Assembly (NCBI RefSeq): GCF_009914755.1
Contig: NC_060939.1
Origin: the human T2T-CHM13v2.0 reference genome, Homo sapiens
DNA: 64,000 nt
Strand: one strand, 5' to 3'
Shown: in pieces, positions 41,381 to 57,269 of the stretch
How the letters are laid out: each line of letters opens with the position of its first letter
Numbering within the stretch: the first letter of the stretch is position 1
The notes under the pieces: model-generated
Database searches by the model: none
The model's input: only the letters and a program-made list of their open reading frames with translations
What the model was told of the DNA's origin: nothing
Position numbers and translations under genes: made by a program

Positions 41381-42829
41381 AAATGAGTGTCTTTACAAAG
41401 CATGTGAAGTTCTCAGCGCAATGCCAGGAACATATTAAAAGCTCAATAAATAGTAGCTGATGCTCTTGGTTGCTGGGATGCCTCAGTAAAGCAGATGGCG
41501 GCCACCCTGTGCTCTGTGCACAAACCTCATCTCCCTCCTTTATGAGTCAGGAGTGGGCCTGTCTCGTCCACCTTTGCAGTCCAGCAGGGCCCAGCATCAC
41601 GCCTTGTGGATCTCTGAAAACCTGCTGGATGTATAATAAGATGACACCCATTTATCAAGCACCCACTGTGTGTGCCTTATCTCATTCAACCCTCCCACCG
41701 CCTCATGGGCAAGCTGGGTGTTTCAGCATCTCGGCAAAGGGACACTGCCACTGCACCAGTGTGGGGTGAACAGTGGACAAAAAGGGATTGATTTGCCAGG
41801 CAGTAGAGACTGCCCTGGAGTGGACTTCAAATGAAACAGAGATTATTTATTCCATGTCATTGGTTACTTTATGTGGTGCTTACTTTCTATTTCTTCTTCC
41901 CTTTCTATTCCAAAACGTTTCCAGGAAGTATTTTCCATGGATGGTGATTCCAACTAAAGGAAAGAGAGAAAAGTACACTGACGTTGACCAAGACCTTGAG
42001 GGGACTAAGAGGGAAAGTGAGAGCATCACATAACGAGAGCTGACGTCAAGGCTGGCCCAATCAAGAAACGGCCTCAAAACCGTACAATGTAGGAAACAGA
42101 ATCATCACAAAGAAAAACAATGTGATCTTGGAACAGTGGCGACCTCAAAGCACATCTCTACATCTTGATAAGAAAAAAGAGGAGACGTAGAAAATCCCCC
42201 AGAACCAGACTCCAGTTTGGCTTACGGTCAGTCATAACATCACAGGCACCAGGAGTGGGCTCTTTGGTGATGAGAGCGGAACTGAAAATGGAAATGGAAA
42301 TCAAACACACAGCCCCAGTCAGGTCCCAGGTTAGCTGACCTGCTCCTAATGCCTGCTGGGCTCAGGCCAGGATATCGGTGGAGGCCCCTGGTCCGCGGCC
42401 CATTCCCCTTCTCTTGCCATCCCCACCTGGTCATTGTAACAAGGGGCCTCGCACATGAGTGTGGACACCCGGGGCTGCATGTTTGAGCTCCAACCATGTC
42501 CACGTCTCAGCCACAGCTGGCCATTCTCAGCCGAGGCATGGGCACACAAGTGGCCCCAGGGAAGATGAACTCAGTGCAGGCCCTGGCAGCTAGCAAAGGG
42601 GCATTTGGGCAGAGAATTATAGAAAAGGAAGGATCTGGGGGTCCAGGGGACATGTCCCTTTGCCCTGCAGACCTCTTTCCCCTTTAGGGAGCCACAGCCA
42701 GAGTGGGTGCCTCTTGGAACATATGACCTGATCTCTTTGGCCCAGAGATGACATCTTCTGCTATCCCAAGTGTGAGCCGTTTTGGTCTCAGAAGAAAAGT
42801 CCCCTCGTCTTCCTTTCAGGGAAAAGTGC

Positions 42830-43420
42830 TGAAGAGGGCAGGAGACTGGTGGTTTGAGACCTGCCCCTTAGAAACCATGTGACCCTGTGCCGTGACTGAC
42901 CTTCCTAGACCCAGCCCTGTGTGTACAAAATGAAGACAAATACCTACCTCGCCACCTTGTTGGCAGGACTCAAAGGATGACAAAGTGCCAAGCAAATGGA
43001 TGTTTTCTTATGGAGAGCCAGGGAGGTAAATATGATCCAGGGGAAACAGCCCTGGGCCTCTGGAAATGATCAGTCTGTTCCAGGAATAATACCTACCTAA
43101 AGGATGCTGTTAAGGACTGAATAAGGAAGTGTGTGTGCAAAGGCACCTGGCACCCAGGAAGACCGCAAAAACTATTCATGGTGGAGGTGGTGGTGCTAGT
43201 GGCGACCATTCCTGGTGGTGCTGGTGGTGCCGGTGGTGCCAGGCACCTGCAGCAGGTATTTGGCTAAATTACGTAATTTAATGATCACAGTAACCAAAGA
43301 GGTGCATTCCTATAGCGCAGATGGAAAAAGTGGGACCAAGGTCACAGGGTTCATGAGTGAGCAGTGAGGCCAGGAAACACATGCCTGTCTGTCTGCATCC
43401 GATTCCTCTTCCTGCCACAC
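42830..43420. mobile_element. Cluster of MIR fragments in both orientations
   Basis: atgtgacc...aaaatgaagacaaatacctacctc; aataatacctacct; cagatggaaaa...ccaaggtcacag. Confidence 0.55.
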
Positions 43421-44363
43421 TCAGCACCACCTGGCCGGTTGTCTTGCAGACTCTGGGGATAATTCATTCACAACACTCTTACCTGCTCACAGCAGGAAGC
43501 CTGTTCACAGCACCCCAGGCCAGATCAGCCATGGAGACATTTATACTAGACACTGTGGGCCACCTGGATGCCAACAGACACACAAGAGCGCCTTGTGTTC
43601 CCATCCACATCAACTCAGCTCATCAAAAAACCCATCCCAGGGAAAATGAGCTTGCTAATAAACCAACTAACTAAGCCTAACAAGAAATAACAGCAAATTT
43701 TGAGGCACTTTACAAGGAGAGTCACACCCAGGTACTTGTTGGACCCAAGAAGACTCAGGTAGCAAGGCAGGGAGTGGCTCATGACAACCGCCCGGAAGAG
43801 TCACGTCTATTTAGTTCTCGAAAATAATGGAAAACAAACTCGGTTTTCGCAAGTGGTATGCTGTGTACACTGAGTCCACATCAGGTGTTCTTGAATTCTC
43901 TGATAAATAAAAACCACAAGCAACTGTGGCACCACCGGGCTGGAGGGAAGCGCCGGCTCGCACCTGTCAATACGAGCAGCCTGGGGGCCTTATGGGACAG
44001 ACCCTTTTTCTGAACTAGTGGTGCTGGAGTGAACACCTTCCAGGTCCCCAGGGCTCGCCCCTCACCCTGAAAAGATTAAATCATTTATTTATAAGAAAAT
44101 ATCTAACCCAAATACAGCAGGCACTGGGGGGCACAGGGAGCTGTGGTTACAATGCAAGCAACATCTGGACCTGCAAACTCATGATGCTGCCACAAGAAGC
44201 GTGTGCAAGGAAGGTGGGTGGCTGGGGAGGCAGTCCAGCATCATCCCCAAAGTCTTTACTACTGCTCTCCCCTCTGCTGAGTCACAATGCTCTTTGTTGG
44301 TGATGCTTGTAACATAACCCTCCTCTCCCCTCTTCAGAAACTGGCAACACCAAGGTGCCAATC

Positions 44364-44654
44364 TTTTTTTTTTTTTTGAGATGGAATTTCACTCTTGTTG
44401 CCCAGGGTGGAGTGCAGTGGCGTGATCTCAGCTCACTGAAACCTTCGCCTCCCAGGTTCAGGTGATTCTTCTGCCTCAGTCCCCTGAGTAGCTGGGATTA
44501 CAGGCACCTGCCACCACACCAGGCTAATTTTTATATTTTTAGTAGAGATGGGGGTTTCGCCATGTTGGCCAGGCTGGTCTCGAACTCCTGACCTCAGGTG
44601 ATCTACTCACCTCCCAAAGTGCTGGATTACAGGCATGAGTCACCACGCCCAACC
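44364..44654 (-). mobile_element. Alu, AluSq/Sx-like
   Basis: Antisense dimer; TSD gccaatct. Confidence 0.96.
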
Positions 44655-45906
44655 GCCAATCTCTTTAAATGGCTTCAGCTGCCAAATCTCACCAGCAAGT
44701 TTGGGTCACTGATGCATCCCCTACCCCTCTTCTCCTACAGACCCTGATCTTCTGGGTAATTTCCCCTGATTTCCTTAAAATGACACCGACAGCCAAGAAT
44801 TTCACCAAAGGGGGCAAGCACGGGACACAAACTTATGGGTGCATCCAGGGCCCTTTGAGGATAATGTGCCATGTCCGTATAAAGCATCCCCCATCCCCAC
44901 AGGGTGTAAGAATAACCATACAATTCAGGCTTTTATGACAGGAGATGCAGGCAGTAGAGGGAGGGGCTTTGATCTTAGGACTTTAACTTACTGGCTTCCC
45001 GTAGGTGTTCCACGGCACAGCAGGGGAGACAGATTTTGTAGAAGAGGTCAAGGTGAGGATGGCGCCTCAACAGAATCTTCAAAACCAAAAGGCAAGTTGC
45101 GGTACCCGCTGACCCTCCGCCATGCAGAGACTGCCGCGGACGCCGAAACACCCTCCTCCCCGTCAGGCTGGCTTGTCCCCGGGCATCTGAACGAGCCAAC
45201 CTGACAGGATGGGTGCTCAGCGGAGGACACTCTCTGAGAAGCCTGAGATGATGGGGAAACCCACTCTCTAGGGCTGGCTTCCAGCGCAGCTGTTTGGAGA
45301 AAGAGCTACCCTGGAGAACCTTAGTCACTGCTACAGTGGTAGAGAAGACGGAGCACAGGAGTAGCTCCTCAGGGAGGAGGGACACAGACCACACCCCCAG
45401 CTCCTTGGTGACCTCCAAGGGAACCAGCTGGACGGCAGCAAATGGGCTTTTCCCCCGGCTTTTTCTCAGCTCGCTGTGAACCCGGCCCAGATGCATCCCA
45501 TGCTTACTCATAGAGTAAAGCAAGCCAGGTATGAGGCAGTTACAAGCCAGCAGTTTTTTATGTGATTGATTCTATCTTCTCTGGAGATGCCCCAAGATTC
45601 TCTGGAAACAGTTAGGCCTCAGTATTTCCTAGCCAAGGAGCAAGCTTCCAGGAAATGAGCGAGTGAGCCTCCAATTGTATATGTAGACGTAAAAACAGCA
45701 TGCATGCCCCTCCACCACCAAGCCTTTTTCATTTCCAAGCTTTTCTCTAATCACCAGGATCCAAACACCTCCAGCCCAGCTCCCATCCCCGCCCTCCTCC
45801 TCAGCCTTGGGCCCACCCACCTCTGTCTTCACAAAAGGTGCCCCGCTGGCCGGCACCACAGAAAACATCCAAGCCCAAGGTACTCATGGTTTGTGTGTAA
45901 AGGGTT

Positions 45907-45912
45907 TTTATT
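45907..45912 (-). terminator. Polyadenylation signal AATAAA of FAM174B
   Basis: tttatt on + strand, about 2 kb after the stop codon. Confidence 0.75.
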
Positions 45913-47158
45913 GGAGAGCCTGTGGCGCTGAAGTGCCACCAAGGATTTGGAAGGTCACTTTCAGCAGCCGCCATTTCTGCCAGGACCAGTGGCAAGCACC
46001 TGGCAGATGGAGCCCGGGTGTTTCTGCGTAAGGCAGAGGAATCCAGCTTTTCCATGAGATTCAGCTGCAGTTGTCGAAAACCCTGTGTGAGCCAGCAGTT
46101 CCAGTTCAAAGGTTGAGGGGGCGAACAGCTGCGAGGTGGCCAGGCTCCCGTGAGTCACCACTCAGGCCTGAGTACACCGTGGAGAGGAGAGATAAAGCAG
46201 CCACGGCTGTTCTGTTGCCAGTCCCACCCCTCTGGCAAACAGATGGGGGAAAACAGAGAAGGAAAGTCAACAAAGAAGGTGAAATGCAGGGAGCAGAGAC
46301 TACACGCAGGCCCCCCGTGGCTGGCAATACCATGCGTGCTGGGCCGGCTGCGCCACCCTCACCCAGGGCTTCCCACGGGCTCTGCTCTTTCCTGCAGAGG
46401 CGAAACTGCCTTCCTGGCAGGCGGAGGCTGCCGAGCTCCCATGCCCCTTCCCACATATCCCAACTCTTCTCAGAAAACTGAAGAACCGAAGATGGAGGTG
46501 AGTCAGGAAAGGCTGGAGTTTTCATCCAAAAAAAAAAAGAGCAGGACAATAAACAGGCAAATACACAAACCCTGGAGCAAAGCCAGGAAAAAAGGGGGAG
46601 ATAAAAAATAAAAAAATAAAAAACACCTTTCTAGAGAGAGCAAAATCCCAGGGTCCCGAAGGCACTGCTAATAGACTAATAGAAGCATCTTTGTTGCAGC
46701 CAATCACCTCTATCCTGGGAACACCGCTAGTCAGGAGGCCTCAATCAACCTGAGAAGTCAGCCCAAGGCCCTGTCTCCAGAAGCCAGCAGCAGATCCCTG
46801 GGTCATGTCACAGGCAAGTCCTCACTTCACCAGCTCAGAGGTGAGCCACTCTCACCTGAACCTCTGCCTTCCGGCAGGGACCTCCTGGGTCCTGTGGGGT
46901 CTCCTGGGTCCAGGTGGGTTCCTAGTCCAGCCCCGTCTAGACTGACTTCAAATATAGTCCCCTGACAGTGTGATTTTTTCCAGCCAGCCAAATCACCGTT
47001 CATTTTTAAAATGGTTTTTAAAAATTACATTTCTAAGGCAAACAACGTAGAACTGTGACAGAGCAGAGGAACAACAAAAAAGCACAAAGAATGTTGCTAA
47101 TCACAGGCTGCCTAGCACTTTCCTTTCCCTTCAGAGAAGGAGAAACTGTTTTATAGGT

Positions 47159-47210
47159 ATCACACACGTGCACACGCACACACGTGCACACACACACACA
47201 CACACGCACA
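47159..47210. repeat. Imperfect (CA)n/(TG)n repeat in the FAM174B 3'UTR
   Basis: Read directly. Confidence 0.9.
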
Positions 47211-47896
47211 GTTTTTCCCTGATACTGGAAATTCTTTGTGAACTAGCCACGCTGATTTCTGCTGAACCTTTTTTTTTTTTAAAAAAAAAAAAAAAAGGAA
47301 GAAAGAAAAGGAGCCACAGACGTGTCCAGGTCTGGAAGGGGCTGACCAGCTCTAAGCACATCCACCTTGAACTCTGACACAGGTAACGCCAAAATGAGGC
47401 CAGGACCTGACCAAGCCAAAAAAGCAGCAAAGGATCAGATGGGGTCCAATGTGTAGATCCAGTAGAGAAGAATGTCGGAAATTCTAAATACACAGTTGGA
47501 CATCCTTCAGGCTTGTTTTAGATTCTTGATCCTCCTGATCTCTTTTACTATTGTCAACAATTGTCTTAAAAAAACTTCTTTAAAATCAACATGTTTCTAC
47601 CCTTTGCTCCTTAGCAAGGCACAAAGCCTCTTACATGGGGAGTAGAAGTAGGGGGCACTTTAAAGGGATGCCCAAAGGGTGGCAGAAGCAACTCCATTGT
47701 GGTGACGTGGAAACGAGCTTGCCAGTGACAGTCTGAGCAGATGCCTGACACGCACGATGGAGCTGGGGTTTTATACATAACGTTCGTTTTGGTTTCAACA
47801 CCTCCGACGCAAGAGGGCTTCCAGGTCCAGTCCTTCACACCCCAGGTTGCAGCTGACCAACTTTCCACAGGATGCCACCAGGCTGGGAAACAGGTT

Positions 47897-47900
47897 TTAC
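47897..47900 (-). CDS. FAM174B: FAM174B last exon, coding part (last base of Arg codon plus TAA stop)
   Basis: Minus strand tccttccctttcttttag|GTAA. Joining to the previous exon's AG gives AGG TAA, so the protein ends ...DIKYR*, the known C-terminus. Confidence 0.9.
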
Positions 47901-48198
47901 CTAAAAGAAAGGGAAGGACAAGAGTAAGCCCCTTCTGGCAGAGCCTCGCACCCATTCTGACCCCTCCTGAACATCTCTATCCCTCACCCTCTCAGCCAGT
48001 GAAAAGGCCACAGTCCCCAGCCACAGGACCTTTGAGCGTGCTGTCTGGAAGGCGCAATCCACTCTTCCAGCAAACCCCCTCCCTCCCCACAGTTCCCAAC
48101 TAAGGATCCCTCCCCCAGCTCCCCACACAGACTCCCTAGAACACAACCTCTTTCTCCTTATATCCCTCTCCTTGCCAGCACTTCCAGGGTGTTTACAC

Positions 48199-48531
48199 TA
48201 GGGGTTGGAAAACTTCTTCTGTGACAGTCCAGAGAGGAAATATTGTAAACTCTGCAGATCCCACAATCACGGTGATAACTCCTCAACCCTGCTGTTGGGG
48301 TGGAACAGCAGCCACAGCAAGAAATGCTTGGCCATGGCTGTGTTCCAGTACAATGTTATTTATAGACACTGAAATTTGAATTGCATGTTACTTTCTCATG
48401 TCATAAAATAGTATTCTTCCTTTGGTTCTTTTTCAACCATTAAAATGTGAAAATCATTCTTGGCTCCTGAGCTGTACAAAAACAGACAGTGGGCTGGATT
48501 TGGCCCATGGGCCATAGTTTGCTGACTCCTG
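48199..48531 (+). mobile_element. MER58B-like hAT-Charlie transposon
   Basis: aggggttggaaaactt...ggatttggcccatgggccatagtttgctgactcctg. Confidence 0.85.
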
Positions 48532-48670
48532 GTTTATGTATCTGAGTAGTGTTGGTCTCTTGCTTAGACTGGGAGCTTGAGACAAAAGCCACATCTAAGC
48601 TTCCTTACCTTTAAACCCCGGGCCCACACCACAGTGTCAGAAAACATAAGAAGTACAAGAAATAAGTTTA

Positions 48671-48947
48671 GGCCAGGCACAGTAATCCCAGCACTTTGGG
48701 AGGCCGAGGCGGATGGATCACAAGGTCAGGAGATCGCGACCATCCTGGCTAACATGGTGAAACCCCATCTCTACTAAAAATACAAAAAATTAGCCGGGAG
48801 TGGTGGTGGGTGCCTGTAGTCCCGGCTACTCAGGAGGCTGAGGCAGGACAATGGTGTGAACCCGGGAGGCAGAGCTCGCAGTGAGCAGAGATCGCACCAC
48901 TGCACTCCAGCCTGGGCAACAGAGCAAGACTCCGTCTCAAAAAAATA
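48671..48947 (+). mobile_element. Alu, AluY-like with a small 5' deletion
   Basis: gaccatcctggctaac...atggtgtgaacccgggagg; TSD ataagttta. Confidence 0.95.
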
Positions 48948-48966
48948 AGCATAAGTTTAAAAACTA

Positions 48967-49290
<324 letters not shown>

Positions 49291-49771
49291 TCAAGACATC
49301 ATCTAAAGGGACTTAGAAAAGGAGGGAAAATTTGACCAGTTAAAGCTGCCACCATCACCTCCTGATGTTTGATTATGGGCATTATATAATCCCATGAGCA
49401 AAAATAACAAAGATTTAATAGAATTTATAAAATAATGAACTTCCTGTCATAATATTACATAATACCAAATATATTACCATAACAGGTAGCTATTTACTAG
49501 AAGATGTAAACATCCTATTTTTAGGAAATAGATACTTAATCATTTGCAGGAAAGGGCCATGGTATACATAACTTACCCTCTAATGGTTTAGTAAAAACCA
49601 TTTGTGTGCACACACATACATATACACACGGATGAATCAGAAAGCAAACAGGCAAAAAATGTTAACAGGAAAATATGAGTTAAAAGTATAGGGTGTTCCC
49701 TACGCTATTTTTATTTTTGCATGAAGTTTAATTTTTTTTCCAAATAAAAAGTTGTTTAAAGAGAAAACATA

Positions 49772-50065
49772 AGCCAGGCACAGTGGGTCGCGCCCGTAAT
49801 CCCAGAACTTTGGGAGGTCAAGGCAGGAGAATCGCTTGAACCCAGTAGTTAGAGACCAGCCTGGGCAACATACTGAGAGCTTGTCTCTACAAAAACTACA
49901 AAAATTAGCTGGACATGGTGGCTTGTGCCTGTAGTCCCAGCTACCCAAGAGGCTGAGTGAGATGATCACTTGAGCCTGGGAAGTTGAGGCTACATTGAGC
50001 CAATATCTTGCCACTGCACTCCAGCCTGGGTGACAGAGCAAGATCGTCTCAAAAAAAAAAAAAAA
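49772..50065 (+). mobile_element. Alu, AluJ-like, after an old L1 3' remnant (~49290-49770)
   Basis: Diverged dimer with A-tail. Confidence 0.94.
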
Positions 50066-51318
50066 TTGAGTATCTTCATATTAGCCACTAAAGTCCCCTA
50101 CTCAACAGACTAGAGAAAGAGAAAAAGAAATCTCCAGCAAGCCATGTCCAAGTTGTGCAGGAGGCTGGCTTTCTTACAGTGACCCCCTGGCCCCTTCTGT
50201 GGGTTGGGGAGTCGGGGGAGCTAACCTCACAAACCAACATCTCGGAGCCCAAGCACTCACACCCCCCACTGCAAAGAGGAAGGGACTAAGGACCCCCAAC
50301 ATTAAGGTTCCTACCAGGTCTGATTCCACCATCAGGCCTTCCACTGCATCTTGCTGGAAGGTCAATGTCGAGGATGAAGGGTGGGGGCACAGGAACTGGA
50401 GAGGAGCAGTGAAGATTTTAAAGACCAAGAATCGGAGCTGAGGGCAGGGACCTGATCGCCATAGCTGCGCCAGAGCAGATCTGGCCACGGCAGGCCTGCG
50501 GGCTCTGGGGAAAGCAGCCGGCAGAATCAACGGAGATGCAAACTCTGTACCGCTGCCATGCTGAAATTCACCTCCGTAAGTGTCTGGGCATCCCACGGGA
50601 CTGCTCTGAATCTTACGGGGATCCCCTACCAGGCTCTCTGCCCTCACCTCACCCCCAGGTTGCTGTCTACATCCGTGTGCTTAAGAAACGCCCACACATA
50701 CACAAGGTAGGGAGCCACACTGCTCATCGCAGAATCCTTCACGCGCCTCCACGGGGAGAAGTCCACCCGCACACACCAACGCCTGCCCAGGTCAGGCCTG
50801 GACACCGGCTCTCTGGGTCTCTCCAGGAGGTGGTAGAGCCATACCCCAAGTTTCAGCCGTGTAGTTGGCTGGGCCTTCAGGCTCTCTGGGGTGACTGGCA
50901 CTCAGGAACAATACTCCAGGGACAGTGGAGGGGACAAGCTGTCTCCAGAGGAGGCTGGCTGTAAAGTCCTGGCTCTCTCAATGTCATCTAGCTGTTTCCC
51001 TGTGGCCATCTATTGGCCAGAAGCTTTGGGGTTCCCCCGAGGAGGGGCTTGGGGGGCAGAGGCTCAAAGCTGCCACTCACTGAAGATCCCTATGCTGGCT
51101 TAAACGTCCCTTTGCCTGCACCTGCTGTTACTTCTCCCTGGAATGCCCTCACTGCTCCCTGCATGTTGAGCCACCTTGGGCTCACTTCGTGGTCCTCTCG
51201 AACTTGTAGGTTTCACCACCTCTGGGAAGAACTTATTGCCCCTTCCTGGCTGCCCACAGCACCCTGTTCCTTCCTCTGTGAGAGGGCTTGCCAGGTGGTC
51301 TTAGAAGTGGCCATGCTT

Positions 51319-51614
<296 letters not shown>

Positions 51615-54469
51615 AAGTGGCCATGCTCCTGCTGTCTCCCACTCTCAACACAGGCCCCTCGAGGGCAGGGCCAGGCTTACCCAGCCTGTACTCATGGTGA
51701 AGAGAATTATCAGGCTTACCAACTAGACATGTGCTAGGTGACAAGCAGAGATTCCAAGAGGCCTCTCTCGGCCCCCTTCTCATCCCCCAGAACCGCCAAA
51801 CTGCTAGTGACATTCCTGCTTCATCATTAACATAAGTCAGAAAGAGTCAATGCTGACCACCACCCCCACCAAAATCTCTATAGGAAGTGAAGGCATATTT
51901 AGCTGCCACCGCCCAGGCTTATTCAGATTTCCCACCGTGCCGCAGGATGACACTGGGTTACAACCATCCCACACGAGGAGAGTGACATGTCCCAACTTGC
52001 GTCTGGCCCATGTTTTACAAGAAGCTTGTCCGGCAGGCAAAATAGCCCTCAACACAGGAACACCTGTTGCAGCACCTGTCAGTAGCGTCTGGCACCCTGG
52101 CAGCTGACGTCTCAGTGCAGCCGGCAAGGACACTCTGGGAAGAGGACGCAGTGGCCTTATGAGTGAACGACGGAGAAGCCGGAGGGAGGAGGCCTGGCCT
52201 GTCTGTGAGTATGTCTGAGACAGAGAAACGTGGGGACACCACCACCACGTGACAGGGAAGCCCCTGGCAGTTCTACTGCTTCCATCCAGGGACACACAAG
52301 AAAAGAACATCTGAAAAACATGGCTTGCTTTTGCAAAAGCATTGATACTTAGGATGATTTGTGTTGTTCATCTTTCCTTCCTTCCTTCCCTCTTTTCTTT
52401 TTCTTTCTTTCTCTTTCCTTTTTGTTTATTTGATCAGATTCCTGTTCACGTAGGCTCCATCCTCATAGACATAGACACAAGAATTTTTAAGGTGCCCTGG
52501 CTTTGAGTGAGACACCCTAAATGAAAATTGCCCGCAGGCTGCCAATATTGCTTTCCAAAGAAACAAAAATTCTCCATGAGATGCCCATTTTTAACACATA
52601 TCCTCTGCATTCTGCAAGGAAGAGGACTGGCAGAGGTTTATTCACACTGGTCTGGGGATGGCTTCTGATGCTGTTTCAGATACAGTTACCCTGCAGGTCA
52701 CCGGCTCCTCTCTGGTTCCTTCCAGGCCTTGGAAGCTAATGATGCCCATTGTTTCTATACCCACCGCCCAGGCAGCTGTCCATCTGCCGATGCTCCTAAC
52801 AGTTCGCCCTCAGAAGACCACGAGGAAGCCTGGGGTGCCTGGCCATTCAGAGGTCCTCAGTAAGTAGAAGCAGCTCCAAGAAGTCACTGCCTTGAGTGTG
52901 CTTAGCAACTGCCATGAGGGCGTCCATGGGGACTCAGAGCTCCCGGGTAGCAAGCCAGGTCTGTTTTCCCATACTCCCTGCCTACCCTGCAGAGGCCTCA
53001 TGCTGCAAACGGCACAAAAATGCCCTTTGTTTCCAAGACAAGACACCAGCCAAAGCCCGCAGCATTACAGTGGAAATCTCGTGGGTTTCTAATTATACTC
53101 CCAAAGGAAGCCCTACCCACAAGAGGGTGGGAAGCAGGGATTTCTAGAATGAACGTCCACACCCCCACGGGGCCACATCTTTTCCACACATAAGAAGCGG
53201 GGACAGGGACCTCCCTCTTGGTGGGGAGGCAGGGCTGGCAGGAGCAGCGCGTTCTCCCAGCAGTGTGCCTTTGGGCTGCGCCTGTCACAGCTGCCGGGCC
53301 GCCTGCCACACACACGGGAGGAAAAGCCCACATCTGTCTCTTCCTGGAGGACGCCTAGAGGGTGTAACAAAGTCTTCTGTAATAAACCGGGAATGCAAAG
53401 AGGCCCAGAGCATCCACACAACTGCACACTAGGCAACAAAGCTCAAAACACATGCAGCCGAAACCCAAACGCCTCTTGAAAGAACCATTTCAAAACCCCA
53501 GGGCACTCTTGTACTCTGGTTAGCTATCATTTCTTCTTTCTAATTAGTCTTTTTAAGTACAGAGTTAGAGATTCATTTCTATAGAACTCCCTCCCTCCCT
53601 CCCCAAACTCTGGCCCTACGCACTCAAGGTCTTATCTCCTACCCTGCCTGTATTCTTCCTCCTTCATTTCCTACCTGGCTGAAAACTTCGAGAAAAAAAA
53701 GCCTGTCTGATAGGCACAGGCTCTAAGTCACAAGATGTTACCAGAGAGTTACCTGGGAAATAAGAAGCAGGTTACTCTGCCTTACTGCCCTGGTGCCAAA
53801 AACATGATTTTCCTCTTTCCACCCAATCACAAAATAACCCAAAGCCATGATTCATCTGATTTAAATGTAGTCTGTTTCCTAGAGAGAACTGAAACATTTG
53901 GTTGAGTTATGTCTAAATGGGAAAAACAAGTACCTGTGAACAGATTAGCCATGTGCAGACAAAGAAGTTCACAAAAACACTAAACCAAACATGCAACGTC
54001 TGAAACTCTTTGTTCTTTCACACCTATTGGCCTGAAAAGTTGCTCATGATTCATTGTTTGGGTAGAAAAACGTGCCAAAACAGCATGTATAATACAGTCT
54101 TATTTCTATAAAAAACAAAGTTTCACATCTATGTACTCACACACTCTAGTGGTTACTGTTAAGTAGTGAGATGACAAGTAACTGTGTCTTTCCTGTTTAT
54201 TATCTGTATTTTCTACAGCTTAACATTACCTCTGTAATAAGAAAAGCCAGCACTACTTAGTCTTTCCGAACAGTCAGTCATCTTTAGGCCTGAGGACTGC
54301 AGTGGGCTTGTGTCTAATGACTCACTTCCAAGTTCACTCACATTCTGATTTTATTTCAACCACAAACAGCACAAACTTCTCAAGGAAGGGAAGCAGAAAA
54401 GGCAAAAGCAAAGCAAAAGAGAGATAAAACGTTTAAGGACTTGGGAGCAGGGACAGGGACTCTTCTTAG

Positions 54470-54950
<481 letters not shown>

Positions 54951-55228
54951 CATGAATCATGAGATGGCGGCTTGCAGAGAAATCTGTTTTTGACACTGTC
55001 CCCAGAATGACAGCAGAGAGAAGCTGGCAGCCCTAGAAGCAGAAACCCAGGCATGGAGACTGGTCAGTGGGACAAAGGGGTTCTTTACGGCCGATGGTCT
55101 GGAGCGGGAAACTTATACAGAGGGATTTGCAGGGTCCTGAGTTTCTGCCTAGAATAGGGGCAGAGGAGACACTACTAAGGTGCTTCAGGGAGCTAACACT
55201 ATTCCTGTATTAAAAACCACCAAGTGCT

Positions 55229-55572
<344 letters not shown>

Positions 55573-56384
55573 TCAGATAGAGATGGAATGCACATCATTA
55601 AAGTGGCCAACGAAAATGACCCAGAGCGTGCCCGGAGACCAGGTGTCTCACTAACTTTTGCCCTCGCAACACGCCAGCCAGCAAGCCAACCTGGACTTTC
55701 AAAACACAAGCTTGGACTTATCTGTTAACTTTAACACCTACCAGGTGGTTTACCTTTAGTAGTTTGTTTGTTTCACAGCCAGCAGCAATGCCAATATGGC
55801 AGTCATTGTCAGCCTAGAAAAGGAACTCGCTCCATTATTTGAAGAACTGAGACAAGCTGTGGAAGTTTCTTAATGTGACACTCGTTTCAACGTGTGCCTT
55901 ATCTTCATCATACCAGACACAATGTCAATCCAGCAACCAGGCCACAATAATATGGACGTCTATGCCCTCAGGGAAAGGCCCCTTTTCCCACCTTCTAGGA
56001 AACAGCCTATAAAGAGAATTTCTGAGCAGATTGATTGTCATATTTCCTTGTTTAGGGTCTTCTCTTATTCAGTGGGATGTGGAGACACCACAAAAATAGT
56101 TCTGTCTATCATGCTTCCCACGGAGTTAGTTCAGTCACCAAAGATTGATGAGACGCTGTTCACTGGCTCAGAATCAAAACAGTACATTGATCCACTCGAA
56201 CCATTAAACGCTCCCTATTGTACAATATTCCCAGCCGTGCAGGAGGAAGCGGACTCTTTTGACTGTGAATAGTAATAAGGACATGGTTTTCTTCACATTG
56301 TATTTTACTTCTTTGTATTGAATGTGAGACAGATAAAATGGCTTAGCGATAAAATCAATACAATCACTAACTTTCCTAGGTACA

Positions 56385-57003
<619 letters not shown>

Positions 57004-57269
57004 TGCATTATTTTGTGGTATGAATAAATATTACTAATTGATTTGATTCTTTTCAAAGGGTGCTGCCCTTTACCTAAAATGCAAATTACAACTAATGGGA
57101 TTTTTCTCCCATTCTGTTATCCATAACCAATCCGTTTTAATGCTTTCAGGTTCTTTATAAGATTTAGGTGTGATTCACTAACAAACTGAGCTTCCAAAAC
57201 CAATATGTATGTAAACATGATAATACAGTCATTTTCTCCAGACATGAGTATAAATAGTACTTTAAAGTA

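Larger units (their letters stand above)
45889..47896 (-). other. FAM174B: FAM174B 3'UTR (~2 kb); 3' end approximate
   Basis: Sequence without obvious interspersed repeats from the stop codon to the AATAAA at 45907-45912; cleavage inferred ~20 nt further on. Confidence 0.75.

Noticed and set aside
42041-42048. Perfect CRE palindrome TGACGTCA, plus many TGAGTCA AP-1 sites across the window
   Set aside because: Isolated 7-8-mers are expected by chance in 64 kb; no supporting context.
44975-46611. Overlapping 100-182 aa ORFs around the FAM174B 3' end
   Set aside because: Open on both strands in GC-rich UTR/flank sequence, with no recognisable protein.
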